This document shows positions 47,739 through 56,581 of a stretch of DNA of 64,000 nt, in pieces. The stretch comes from an uncultured Verrucomicrobiae bacterium (GTDB lineage: Bacteria > Verrucomicrobiota > Verrucomicrobiia > Chthoniobacterales > JAFAMB01). The notes below the pieces were generated by a model. The model saw nothing but the letters and a program-made list of their open reading frames with translations. It had not been told where the DNA came from and did no database searches. Where the stretch lies: assembly GCA_963762565.1 (NCBI GenBank), contig CAVXLD010000001.1, forward strand, positions 224,001-288,000, given 5' to 3'. A program made the position numbers and the translations under genes. Each line of letters begins with the position of its first letter. Position 1 is the stretch's first letter.

Positions 47739-50700
47739 CGGCTTCCTCTGTGCCCGCCGTTACCGGCACCTCTTCGGAGGTATTGGAAGTATTGGAAGCA
47801 GCAGTCCCTTCCAGTTCCGGCTCTTCTTCTCGTTTGGTCAAACGAACGCCGACCAATTTACTAATCCCGTGCTCTTCCATGGTAACACCATAGAGCACAT
47901 CGGCTTTGGCGATCGTCCGTTTGTTGTGAGTGATCACTACAAACTGACTTTGATGCACAAACCGGTCCAGGATCTTGATGAACCGATTAATATTCGACTC
48001 GTCCAACGGCGCATCCATCTCGTCCAGCACACAGAACGGGCTCGGTTTAACCATGTAGACGGAAAATAGCAAAGCAACCGCAGTCATGGTCTTCTCGCCA
48101 CCGGATAACAAGGTAATCGATTGCAGCTGTTTACCGGGCGGTTTGGCAATGATCTCAATTCCGCTTTCCAGGGGATCGGCATCGTCAATCAGCAACAAGT
48201 TTGCTTTACCGCCGCCAAACAGTTCGCTGAACATCTCTTGGAAATTCTTGCGAACCTCTTCAAAAGTCTCTGCAAACAACTTTTGGGTAGTGGCATTGAT
48301 CTGGTTGATAATGTCTAGGAGTTCCCCTTTGGCTTTAACCAAATCGTTATGTTGGTTTTCTAGAAAGCGCTGCCGTTCTTCGAGCTCGTCGTATTCCTGG
48401 ATTGATTCCAGATTGACCGGACCCATTCCATCCAGGCGTTCGGTCATCTCGCTCACGATTGCCCTGGTTGACTCCCAATCTTCCTCTCGCAGGTTCGCGA
48501 TGTCGGCCACGCCGTCTGCCAACTCGGTGTCCATTGCCGCCTTCAAACGACTGCGTTGTTCTTTTAGCGACTTAAGGAACGCTTCCCATTCCGGTTGAAA
48601 CGTATTGAGATCGATTTGATAACGTCGCTGAACCTGCTCCAGCAAACTATCCAACCGCAAACGAAACTGGGTCGATCTTACCTCTTGTTCTCCGCGTTGT
48701 TCCTGATGGTCAATTAATTGTTTACGGAGCTGTCTCAGGTTCAACTCTACTGCCTCCACCGATGCGACCCGGGTCGATTTCTCACCGGTTAACCGTTCGA
48801 CCTCGAGCTCAGCAGCTTCCTGTTCCTGCTGGAGCGATGCATTCTTCTGTTGGAGGGCATCGTTTTCCTGTTCCAGTTGTTCAATGCGCGCTAGATAGTT
48901 CCGAACATCGCCCTGCCGGCTGGAAATCAACTCTTGTAGTTCCACAATCCGGTTCGCTAACGGCTGTCTTTGCCGGTTCAAGTCTTCCCTCCGCTGTCGC
49001 TCAGTGGCAACTCGGACTTTTAGCTCATTGAGCGAGTCGACCAGCGATTCTTCAGTGCCTCTCAACGCCTCGACCTGCGCTAACGCCGCGCCCAGTCTTT
49101 CTTGGAAATTAGCGGCCTCCTCCCCCAGCTTCGTCAGCTCGCTCTCAAGCAGCCCAGTTTTGGCGGTGGCGCTTCTCAAGCGCTCCTCAGTATTCTGTTT
49201 CTCCCAAGTAAGACTTTTTACTTTGCCTTCAACGTCACGCAGCTCGCGGTCCAGTAAAGCAATCTGACCCTGAACCGTCGATTCGAGAACCTGAGCTTGT
49301 TGAAGCGCCTCTCGATTTTCGCTGATCTTTTGGTGGGTGTCGGCTAATCGGGTTTCAACTTCGGCTTGGCTCTGTTGAGCGGCATCCAGCTCGGCTTGGA
49401 GTTGAGTGCAAGCATCAGCCAGCTCCCGCATCTGCACTTTGCGTCTCAGAACAGAACTGCCGTCATTCCCCCGTATACCGGCAAAGACCACACCGCGTTC
49501 CGAAATAAATTCCCCGCTTGGAGTAGCGACCGCTACGTCCGCATTTTGCCGGGTGATTCGTAAAGCGGTGTCGAAATCCGGCGCTAAGGCAACGTTGCCC
49601 AGCAACTTATTTACCAAAGGCGCAATTTCAGGGCGGGTTTTAACCCGATCCAGGGCCCAGCCCATCGCTTCTGCCGGAAGAGTCTGGATTTGAACCGGGG
49701 CCAGCCGGGAAACGGCATCGATTGAGACTAACCCGGCTCTTCCTTCTTTAACGTCCATTAATTGACGGCTGATTGCTTCCGCCACGTCACGATCCGCCAC
49801 CAAAACAACTTGGAGATGATGATCGAGAGCAGCCTCGATCGCCGGAACGAATTCGCTACTCACCTCAAGGGAATTAGCCAGTACCCCAAGAACGCTGGAT
49901 CGAAACAGCGATGGATCGTTCAACCCTCTCAGCACCGCTTGGGTTCCAGAGTCCAACCCTTCGCCTTCGCGATTCAGTTGAGAGAGCACCTCGAGCTTCG
50001 ATTCGCGTTCTGCCAAGCTACGTTGCTTGCGCGCGATTGCCGCAACCATCTCCTGTAGCATCCGCTGTTGATTGACCCCATCATGTTCGCTATCCCGAAG
50101 CGCGTCGCGGCAACTTTGCACCTGCCCACCCGCCTGTGCCATCTCTGTTCGACTCTGTTCCAGTTGGGATCGGACTTGGTCGCGCCCGCTCTCTGCCTGG
50201 CGAAGCTCTTGTTCCACCAACGTCAAACGAGTCTGACTGCCTTCTCGCTGGTTCAAGACGTTTGCCAGTTCACCGCGAATGCTCGCGGTTCGATTTTCTC
50301 TTAGCTGGACTTCCTGTTGAAACCGTTGAGCCTCGCGCTCCTGATCCAAACGCCTCGCTCGCGAGTCGCTGACTTCCCGCTGGTGTTCCTCTAAGCGTTC
50401 CTCCTCCGCTCTCAAACTTTCAAACAACTCCGCGAGTTGATGATCAGTCTCTTCTAGCTGGCCCTCTTGAATCAGCAGTTTTTCCTGAGCAGCAGACACA
50501 TCAGATTCATACCTGCCGATCAACCCCGAAGCTTCGCGCGCCCGTTCTTCGTTGAAGGAGATCCGGTTGATAGCAACGTCGATCCGATTCTTGATGTCTT
50601 GGCCCGTCTGGCGCACCACCAGAATCTCTTCTTCCAAAGCTTCAAGCTCGTGGCGTTGATCAGCCAGACCAAACTCTTGAGACTCGATCTGTTCCTCCAG

Positions 50701-51471
50701 AGAAACCTGTATCGACCGAAGTTTCTCCACTTGTTCATTCGCCAGCACGATGTCGGCCTTTAGCTGCTCTGAATTCCGAAACGAGAGATGCAGGTCGAGT
50801 ACCCGTAACTCATCGAACAGCGCCCGGTAGCGGCGTGCTTTGCCGGCCTGGCGTTGGAGCGAACCGATCTGGCGCTTCACTTCCTTCATGATGTCCGTCA
50901 ACCGAAGGAGATTGGCGTCGGTGTACTCCAGTTTTCTGAGGGCCTCTTTCTTCTGAGCCTTATATTTCGTAACCCCAGCTGCCTCTTCGAAAATTGCCCG
51001 CCGGTCTTCCGGCCTGGAGCTTAAGATCTGGTCGATCCTGCCTTGCTCCATGATCGAATAGGCTGCTCGGCCGACCCCGGTGTCCATGAAGAGCATCTGA
51101 ATGTCTTTCAGCCGGCAGGGAACCCGATTGAGGAGATAGTCTGAACGGCCGTCCCGATAAACTCGCCGGGTGATATTGACCTCGTTAAATTCGACCCCCA
51201 GATCTTTTTCACACTCCGCGAAGGTCAGCGAGACCTCGGCCATACCAACCGCCTGTTTCGTATCGGTCCCGCTAAAGATAACGTCCGCCATTTCCCCACC
51301 GCGAAGGGCCTTGGCCGACTGCTCGCCCAAAGCCCAGCGGATAGCGTCCAGCACATTCGATTTTCCACACCCGTTCGGCCCGACGATTGCCGATACCCCG
51401 CGGTGAAGATTCAGCGTAGTTCGCTGAGCAAAGGATTTAAATCCAGTTAATTCGATCGACTTTAGATACAT
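47734..51471 (-). CDS. smc: Chromosome segregation protein SMC
   Basis: GFKSF, GPNGCGKSN, long coiled coils with hinge, LSGGEK, LDEMDAPLD. Confidence 0.97.
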   Translation of the reverse strand: MYLKSIELTGFKSFAQRTTLNLHRGVSAIVGPNGCGKSNVLDAIRWALGEQSAKALRGGEMADVIFSGTDTKQAVGMAEVSLTFAECEKDLGVEFNEVNITRRVYRDGRSDYLLNRVPCRLKDIQMLFMDTGVGRAAYSIMEQGRIDQILSSRPEDRRAIFEEAAGVTKYKAQKKEALRKLEYTDANLLRLTDIMKEVKRQIGSLQRQAGKARRYRALFDELRVLDLHLSFRNSEQLKADIVLANEQVEKLRSIQVSLEEQIESQEFGLADQRHELEALEEEILVVRQTGQDIKNRIDVAINRISFNEERAREASGLIGRYESDVSAAQEKLLIQEGQLEETDHQLAELFESLRAEEERLEEHQREVSDSRARRLDQEREAQRFQQEVQLRENRTASIRGELANVLNQREGSQTRLTLVEQELRQAESGRDQVRSQLEQSRTEMAQAGGQVQSCRDALRDSEHDGVNQQRMLQEMVAAIARKQRSLAERESKLEVLSQLNREGEGLDSGTQAVLRGLNDPSLFRSSVLGVLANSLEVSSEFVPAIEAALDHHLQVVLVADRDVAEAISRQLMDVKEGRAGLVSIDAVSRLAPVQIQTLPAEAMGWALDRVKTRPEIAPLVNKLLGNVALAPDFDTALRITRQNADVAVATPSGEFISERGVVFAGIRGNDGSSVLRRKVQMRELADACTQLQAELDAAQQSQAEVETRLADTHQKISENREALQQAQVLESTVQGQIALLDRELRDVEGKVKSLTWEKQNTEERLRSATAKTGLLESELTKLGEEAANFQERLGAALAQVEALRGTEESLVDSLNELKVRVATERQRREDLNRQRQPLANRIVELQELISSRQGDVRNYLARIEQLEQENDALQQKNASLQQEQEAAELEVERLTGEKSTRVASVEAVELNLRQLRKQLIDHQEQRGEQEVRSTQFRLRLDSLLEQVQRRYQIDLNTFQPEWEAFLKSLKEQRSRLKAAMDTELADGVADIANLREEDWESTRAIVSEMTERLDGMGPVNLESIQEYDELEERQRFLENQHNDLVKAKGELLDIINQINATTQKLFAETFEEVRKNFQEMFSELFGGGKANLLLIDDADPLESGIEIIAKPPGKQLQSITLLSGGEKTMTAVALLFSVYMVKPSPFCVLDEMDAPLDESNINRFIKILDRFVHQSQFVVITHNKRTIAKADVLYGVTMEEHGISKLVGVRLTKREEEPELEGTAASNTSNTSEEVPVTAGTEEAG

Positions 51472-51524
51472 GGGTCTGAACGATCGAACGCTAGACAACT
51501 ATGGGTTCCCTGACAAGACGAAAA

Positions 51525-51571
51525 ATACAATCTTTAGGACTCTGTTGAGGAGTAACCACAAGATATTGGGG
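51525..51571. promoter_or_regulatory. Tandem NrdR-box-like sites upstream of smc
   Basis: ataCAATCTTTAGgac (51525-51540) and ccaCAAGATATTGggg (51556-51571), 31 bp apart, versus consensus acaCwAtATaTwGtgt. Confidence 0.6.
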
Positions 51572-51590
51572 TCAGGTCGGTCGACCGCAT

Positions 51591-51843
51591 ATTGGTAGGG
51601 CGAGGCTCCCGAAAGGCCTAAAGCTATGGTACCAGAGGTTTTTAGATGATGCGACGCTCCGGCAAGCGAATTGGGTCGGAAAACGCGCCGAGCCGTGGTC
51701 TATGAGGTGGCAGTGGATGAAACGTGGCAGATCAGGGGAGAGCGGCTCGGCACGTTTCCTGGCCTAACATTGCTCCGGGCATCGAATGATTCCTCTCCCT
51801 CCGATGACGTCCGCCGGTCTTTCGGGAGCCTCGCCCTACCAAT
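51591..51843. repeat. Family D element
   Basis: attggtagggcgaggctcccgaaag ... ctttcgggagcctcgccctaccaat; abuts the stop of the NlpC/P60 gene. Confidence 0.9.
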
Positions 51844-52997
51844 CAATCGCCGTTCGTTAGCAGCTTGACAGGGGTCGGCGAGGGCTGCGGGGCCTTACCA
51901 TGAAGAAACGGATTCTGCTCCGGCTGCGGCGCCTTCCGAATTACTGCTACCGGTGTCGATACAGGGGTTGCACCGTCCACAGTGTAAACCTGGTCGCGCA
52001 GGCCCGGGAGTGGAGAGTACCCTTCAAAACGGGCCACCAGATCCGGGTCACTCTTATTCGGGGTTCCATTCGGGAGCTTGAAATCAAACACGCTGACTCC
52101 GAACCTTCTCTCACCATTGTATGATCGGCCATCGCTCGCGCCGACCATCACCCGCTTATTAGTCCCTTTTTCTTTGCCCAGGTAGATCATGACATGAGTG
52201 ACTGGGACATCGCGGTCTACCTTGTAAGTGCCGGACCAGAACATCAGGTCGCCTGGCCGGAGTTCTTCGAGCTCGAACGTGTCAGCGTTCCGGCTGAGCA
52301 CCGAACGAAAGTTTCCATTTTTTCGAACCCAGAGATACTGGTCGCTCGACTGGCGGGGAACGTCTTTGTATCCGGCGTTGCTCAAAACATAGTAGATAAA
52401 CCCGGAGCAATCCATACCACCGCTGGCAGGATCGTCTGACCCGTAGGTGTAGGCCAAATTCCTTTTCGTTAACTCAAGCGCAGAGCGGATCAAATCCTGA
52501 ACCCGTTGAGGTTGGCTATCGAAATCCTTGAGTTGGCTTGGATCGAGCGAGGCAACTGCAACCGGCTGGTTCTGCGGGCTCGGCTTTGGAGTCTCTTCAG
52601 GCGTTGGCGTGGGCTTGCTGTCTTCCGACTTTTCCCGGTGCTTCGCATGTTTTGGAGGAGATGAGTCCTCGTCGTCATCCACCGAGTTTTTCTTCGCTTT
52701 CGGTTTCTCCGCGCTCTCATCCTCCCTGTCAGAACTGCTGCGGGCGGACTCTTCCGTCGTCAGTTTAGACTTCGGCGAAGGAGACGGGGAAGCGTGACGT
52801 TGCAGAGTAGATGAATGATGATGGATCCGCTTTTTTGCTGGAGTAGGGGTCGCCTCCTCTTGCAGCTGCTGTCTTACAGTCCGACCCCATTTATCCAATG
52901 AGCGATAAACGGCGTCCAAAGGGTTATCATCGCCCCTTACCTCGGAGGCCGCAAAAGCCAGCAACGAATAAGCTGGCGCTAAAACCAGATATCTCAT
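51843..52997 (-). CDS. NlpC/P60 (C40) peptidoglycan endopeptidase-like protein
   Basis: YTYG...GMDCSGF, PRQSSDQ, LRPGDLMFW, THVMIYLG; signal peptide and disordered linker. Confidence 0.88.
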   Translation of the reverse strand: MRYLVLAPAYSLLAFAASEVRGDDNPLDAVYRSLDKWGRTVRQQLQEEATPTPAKKRIHHHSSTLQRHASPSPSPKSKLTTEESARSSSDREDESAEKPKAKKNSVDDDEDSSPPKHAKHREKSEDSKPTPTPEETPKPSPQNQPVAVASLDPSQLKDFDSQPQRVQDLIRSALELTKRNLAYTYGSDDPASGGMDCSGFIYYVLSNAGYKDVPRQSSDQYLWVRKNGNFRSVLSRNADTFELEELRPGDLMFWSGTYKVDRDVPVTHVMIYLGKEKGTNKRVMVGASDGRSYNGERRFGVSVFDFKLPNGTPNKSDPDLVARFEGYSPLPGLRDQVYTVDGATPVSTPVAVIRKAPQPEQNPFLHGKAPQPSPTPVKLLTNGD

Positions 52998-54319
52998 GTC
53001 CCTTTCGCAATCTCCTCGAGGAGATTCCTATTTAGACGGATGCCGGCCGTGAAATTATCAACTGGGAAATTTTCATTGGGCGAATGAACTCTGGCATCCG
53101 GCAGGGCTAAACCGAGTAAGAGCGAATCTAAGCCAAGAACATCTTTGAAGCTCTGGATAATCGGCAAGGTGCCACCCTCTCTGACAAAAGCGATAGGTTG
53201 GTCGAACGTTTGCTTCAACGCCCGTTGGGCCACCTTCCCGTAGCCGGAATCCGGGCTTACCAAGTATGGTCTTCCTTGATGTTGATAAAGTATTTCAATC
53301 TCGACGGATTGCGGGCAGATCTTGGTTAGGAATTTTGTGATCGTCGTTCGCAGCTCAGTCGGATCCTGGTCCGGCACCAGACGGAATGAGAGCTTAGCGA
53401 ATGCTTTACTGGGAACGATGGTCTTGGGTCCTTCTCCTTGATATCCGCCTCCGATACCGTTGACTTCAGCGGTAGGCCGCGCCCAAACCCGTTCCAGCGT
53501 GCTGAATCCGACCTCGCCCGCTAACACGGGGGATCCTGTCTGGGCCAACCATTGGCTGTCGTTGTAAGGAAGTTTGGGCCAAAGTTCCCGTTCCCAATCG
53601 GCAATCGGCTGGACGCGATCATAAAAACCTGGCACAGCCACTCTGCCGTCCGAGTCGTGCAACTGGGCGATCATCTCAGTGAGAACAGTGGCTGGGTTAG
53701 CAACGGATCCTCCAAAGATTCCGGAATGGAGGTCGGCCGCCGGCCCGCGAAGGCGAACCTCAAGACAAAGAATCCCCCGCAGACCATAGCTGAATGTCGG
53801 TATTCCCGGACCTACCATCCCAGTATCCGAAATCGCTATGATGTCCGCCGCTAACTCCTTGGCGTAAGTTTTCAGGAATTCCTCTAGAGTCGGACTCCCA
53901 GTCTCTTCTTCTCCCTCGATAATAAAGGTGACATTAACAGGAAGCTCCCCTTTCTCTTTTAATGCCTGTTCTACGCCCAGGATGTGCGCCAGAATTTGCC
54001 CCTTATTATCAGTAGCGCCCCTGGCGAAAATTCTGCCGTCGCGCACAGTCGGCTCAAACGGCGGCGTTTCCCATAGATCCAACGGATCAGCAGGTTGGAC
54101 ATCGTAATGACCATAAATCAGCACGGTCTTTTTCCCGGGAGAATGAGGGGTCTTGGCCAAGATCACCGGTTGCCCCGCCGTAGCGATCTTGCTCGCTTCC
54201 AGCCCTGCTTTCCGCAGACGGTTGGTTAACCAATCCGCGCACGCATCAACATCGGGTTTGTACTTGCTATCCGCCGAGACAGAGGGGAATCGGAGAAACT
54301 CGAGAAGGTCATCGATCAT
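52994..54319 (-). CDS. M20 family dipeptidase
   Basis: YGHYDVQP, ARGATDNKGQ, EGEEETGS, DLHSG, HSPNE. Confidence 0.92.
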   Translation of the reverse strand: MIDDLLEFLRFPSVSADSKYKPDVDACADWLTNRLRKAGLEASKIATAGQPVILAKTPHSPGKKTVLIYGHYDVQPADPLDLWETPPFEPTVRDGRIFARGATDNKGQILAHILGVEQALKEKGELPVNVTFIIEGEEETGSPTLEEFLKTYAKELAADIIAISDTGMVGPGIPTFSYGLRGILCLEVRLRGPAADLHSGIFGGSVANPATVLTEMIAQLHDSDGRVAVPGFYDRVQPIADWERELWPKLPYNDSQWLAQTGSPVLAGEVGFSTLERVWARPTAEVNGIGGGYQGEGPKTIVPSKAFAKLSFRLVPDQDPTELRTTITKFLTKICPQSVEIEILYQHQGRPYLVSPDSGYGKVAQRALKQTFDQPIAFVREGGTLPIIQSFKDVLGLDSLLLGLALPDARVHSPNENFPVDNFTAGIRLNRNLLEEIAKGT

Positions 54320-54340
54320 TCGTTACTGATACACCTTAGA

Positions 54341-54748
54341 ACAACGCCGACAACGAGCGACAACGAGCGACAACGAGCGACAACGAGCGACAACGCCGGG
54401 AACGTTCGGACCGCGTGTGGAGGGGAGCCGCTTTGGCGCGTGCCCTAACGCCGGCCGAAATTTGTTCATATCATTAGCCTGACCTGAAAATGTGAAGGCA
54501 AGCGGCTCCCGGGAACTACCCAGCGCATGTTTCGCCCGACGGCTTCGTTGTTCTGTTTTCTACGCGGCGGATAGAACTTCGGACCACTGGGTTATTCCCG
54601 GGAGCCGCCTGTTTAACACACATCTCAGCGACGCTCGTGGCATAGCAAAGTTGCGAGACTCTGGCACACGCGCCAAAGCGGCTCCCCTCCAGGCGCTGGA
54701 ACCTTCGCCGACCTCGCTCATTCCGGCGTTGTCGGCGTTGACGGCGTT
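54341..54748. repeat. Family C doublet, copy 4 (54419-54690), nested in inverted 9/10-mer arrays
   Basis: acaacgccg (caacgagcga)x4 caacgccggg [C] ccggcgttgtcggcgttgacggcgtt. Confidence 0.88.
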
Positions 54749-54771
54749 ACCACCGTCGGTAGGCTCAGGTC

Positions 54772-56046
54772 ATGCTCGACATTCGTCTCCTAAGGGAAAA
54801 ACCGGACTTTGTTCGTGAACGCCTGGCCACCCGCGGAGGAGACCTGTCTTCCCAAGTCGATGCGATACTGATGCAAGACGCGGAAAGGCGCCGAGCCGAG
54901 ACCGAGCTGCAGAAACGCAATGCGGAACGAAACCGGATAAGTAAAGAGATCGGCCAGCTTCGGGCCAAAAAAAAACCTAGCGCTGAGTTGGAAGCGCAGG
55001 TCCGCAAAATCGCTGAGGAGATTGCGGTGTTAACAGACGAGGTAAATCAGGCAGATGAGCGGCAGAAACTGCTTCTGCTGAATCTGCCAAATTTGCCGCA
55101 TGCAACTGTGCCGGTGGGAGCAAACGCCGACGCGAACCCGGTGGTGCGCACTTGGGGTGAAGCACCGGTCTATTCTTTTCCGTTGCGCGATCATGTTGAT
55201 CTCGCCACCGATCTTCGCTTAATCGACTTCGAGCGCGCGGCCAAAATCAGTGGCAGCGGCTTTATCTGTTTTACACACCTGGGTGCGCGCCTCCAGCGGG
55301 CTCTAATTCAATTCCTGCTTGACCTACATACAGAAAAACACGGGTACATCGAGACCGCGCCGCCGTTCTTAGTTCGGCGTGAAGCGATGGTCGGAACGGG
55401 ACAACTTCCGAAATTCGAACAGGAGATGTGTTACGGAGTCGAAGATAACTCGCTCTATTTGATCCCAACGGCGGAAGTCCCTGTGACCAACCTTTATCGG
55501 GAAGAGATCCTTCCCGAAACAGATCTTCCAAAACGCTTCGTTGCGTACACTCCTTGTTTTAGAAGAGAGGCAGGAGCGGCCGGTAAGGAGACCCGTGGCC
55601 TGATCCGCGTGCACCAGTTCGACAAGGTCGAACTCGTAAAGATCACAACTCCGGAAACTGCGTACCAGGAGCTCGAGTTGTTGACAGCTGATGCCGAAAA
55701 AGTGCTCCAGTTACTCGGGTTGCATTATAGGACCATCGAGCTTTGCACCGGAGACATCGGCTTCAGCGCAGCGAAGACTTACGATATCGAGGTTTGGGCG
55801 CCCGGGACGGGACGGTATCTTGAAGTATCGAGTTGTTCGAATTGCGAGGATTTCCAAGCTCGCAGGATGAACCTTAAGTTCAAAGACACCGAAGGGAAGA
55901 ACCGATTATGCCACACGCTCAACGGATCGGGGACCGCGTTACCCCGGCTGTTTGTGGCTTTGATTGAAACCTATCAGCAGGCCGACGGCACGATTCAGGT
56001 TCCGGAACCGCTCTGGGAATATGTTAAGGTGAAGGTTATTAAATAG
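54772..56046 (+). CDS. serS: Seryl-tRNA synthetase
   Basis: MLDIRLLR, TGQLPKF, LIPTAEV, FRREAG, RVHQFDKVE, EVSSCSNC, HTLNGSG. Confidence 0.97.
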   Translation: MLDIRLLREKPDFVRERLATRGGDLSSQVDAILMQDAERRRAETELQKRNAERNRISKEIGQLRAKKKPSAELEAQVRKIAEEIAVLTDEVNQADERQKLLLLNLPNLPHATVPVGANADANPVVRTWGEAPVYSFPLRDHVDLATDLRLIDFERAAKISGSGFICFTHLGARLQRALIQFLLDLHTEKHGYIETAPPFLVRREAMVGTGQLPKFEQEMCYGVEDNSLYLIPTAEVPVTNLYREEILPETDLPKRFVAYTPCFRREAGAAGKETRGLIRVHQFDKVELVKITTPETAYQELELLTADAEKVLQLLGLHYRTIELCTGDIGFSAAKTYDIEVWAPGTGRYLEVSSCSNCEDFQARRMNLKFKDTEGKNRLCHTLNGSGTALPRLFVALIETYQQADGTIQVPEPLWEYVKVKVIK

Positions 56047-56098
56047 GACTGGAAGCCCCGCGCCCGGAACGTCTGCCCGTCGATCTGAGCGAGGGATT

Positions 56099-56577
56099 TC
56101 ATATTCGCTGCGATAAGTTTTCACACTCAGCCGGAAAGCCTTGGCGCAGATCGGCCTCGGTCAACATTTTTCCGCTTAGCGGTGAACGGCAAAGATGGTA
56201 AGATTGCTCCGGCCACGTGCCCACAGGACTTGACCAGTTCCGCGGAGATTTCTTCCATCTGCGTGCGGTAGATGGGCTAGGCCGGTAGGCTGCCCAGGCG
56301 TTGCCGACGATATGGCACCACCCTTGATGGATAAAGAACTTCCACTGGATGCCCGAGCGTTTTAGCAACCGTAGGAACCGAATCAAACCCTGAGCCGCGG
56401 TTCGGCGCCGTTCAGGCGTAGCCCATGGTGGGAGGCGGAAAATTCACACCGTTCGCAGACGCCATTAGCAAGGTCCAGAGCCTCCCGAACCCAAAGTGAG
56501 CCCTCGCCCATTCTGCCTTCCGGTTTAAGGAAACGAGCCGCGTTAAGGGCATGCTGTGTTCCCACTATCCCTCTCAA
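56099..56577 (-). pseudogene. Possible degraded gene fragment (perhaps an FAD-dependent oxidoreductase)
   Basis: About 500 bp with no intact ORF; fragments such as GWCHIVGNA weakly recall the G...VGDA motif. Confidence 0.2.
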
Positions 56578-56581
56578 AAAA

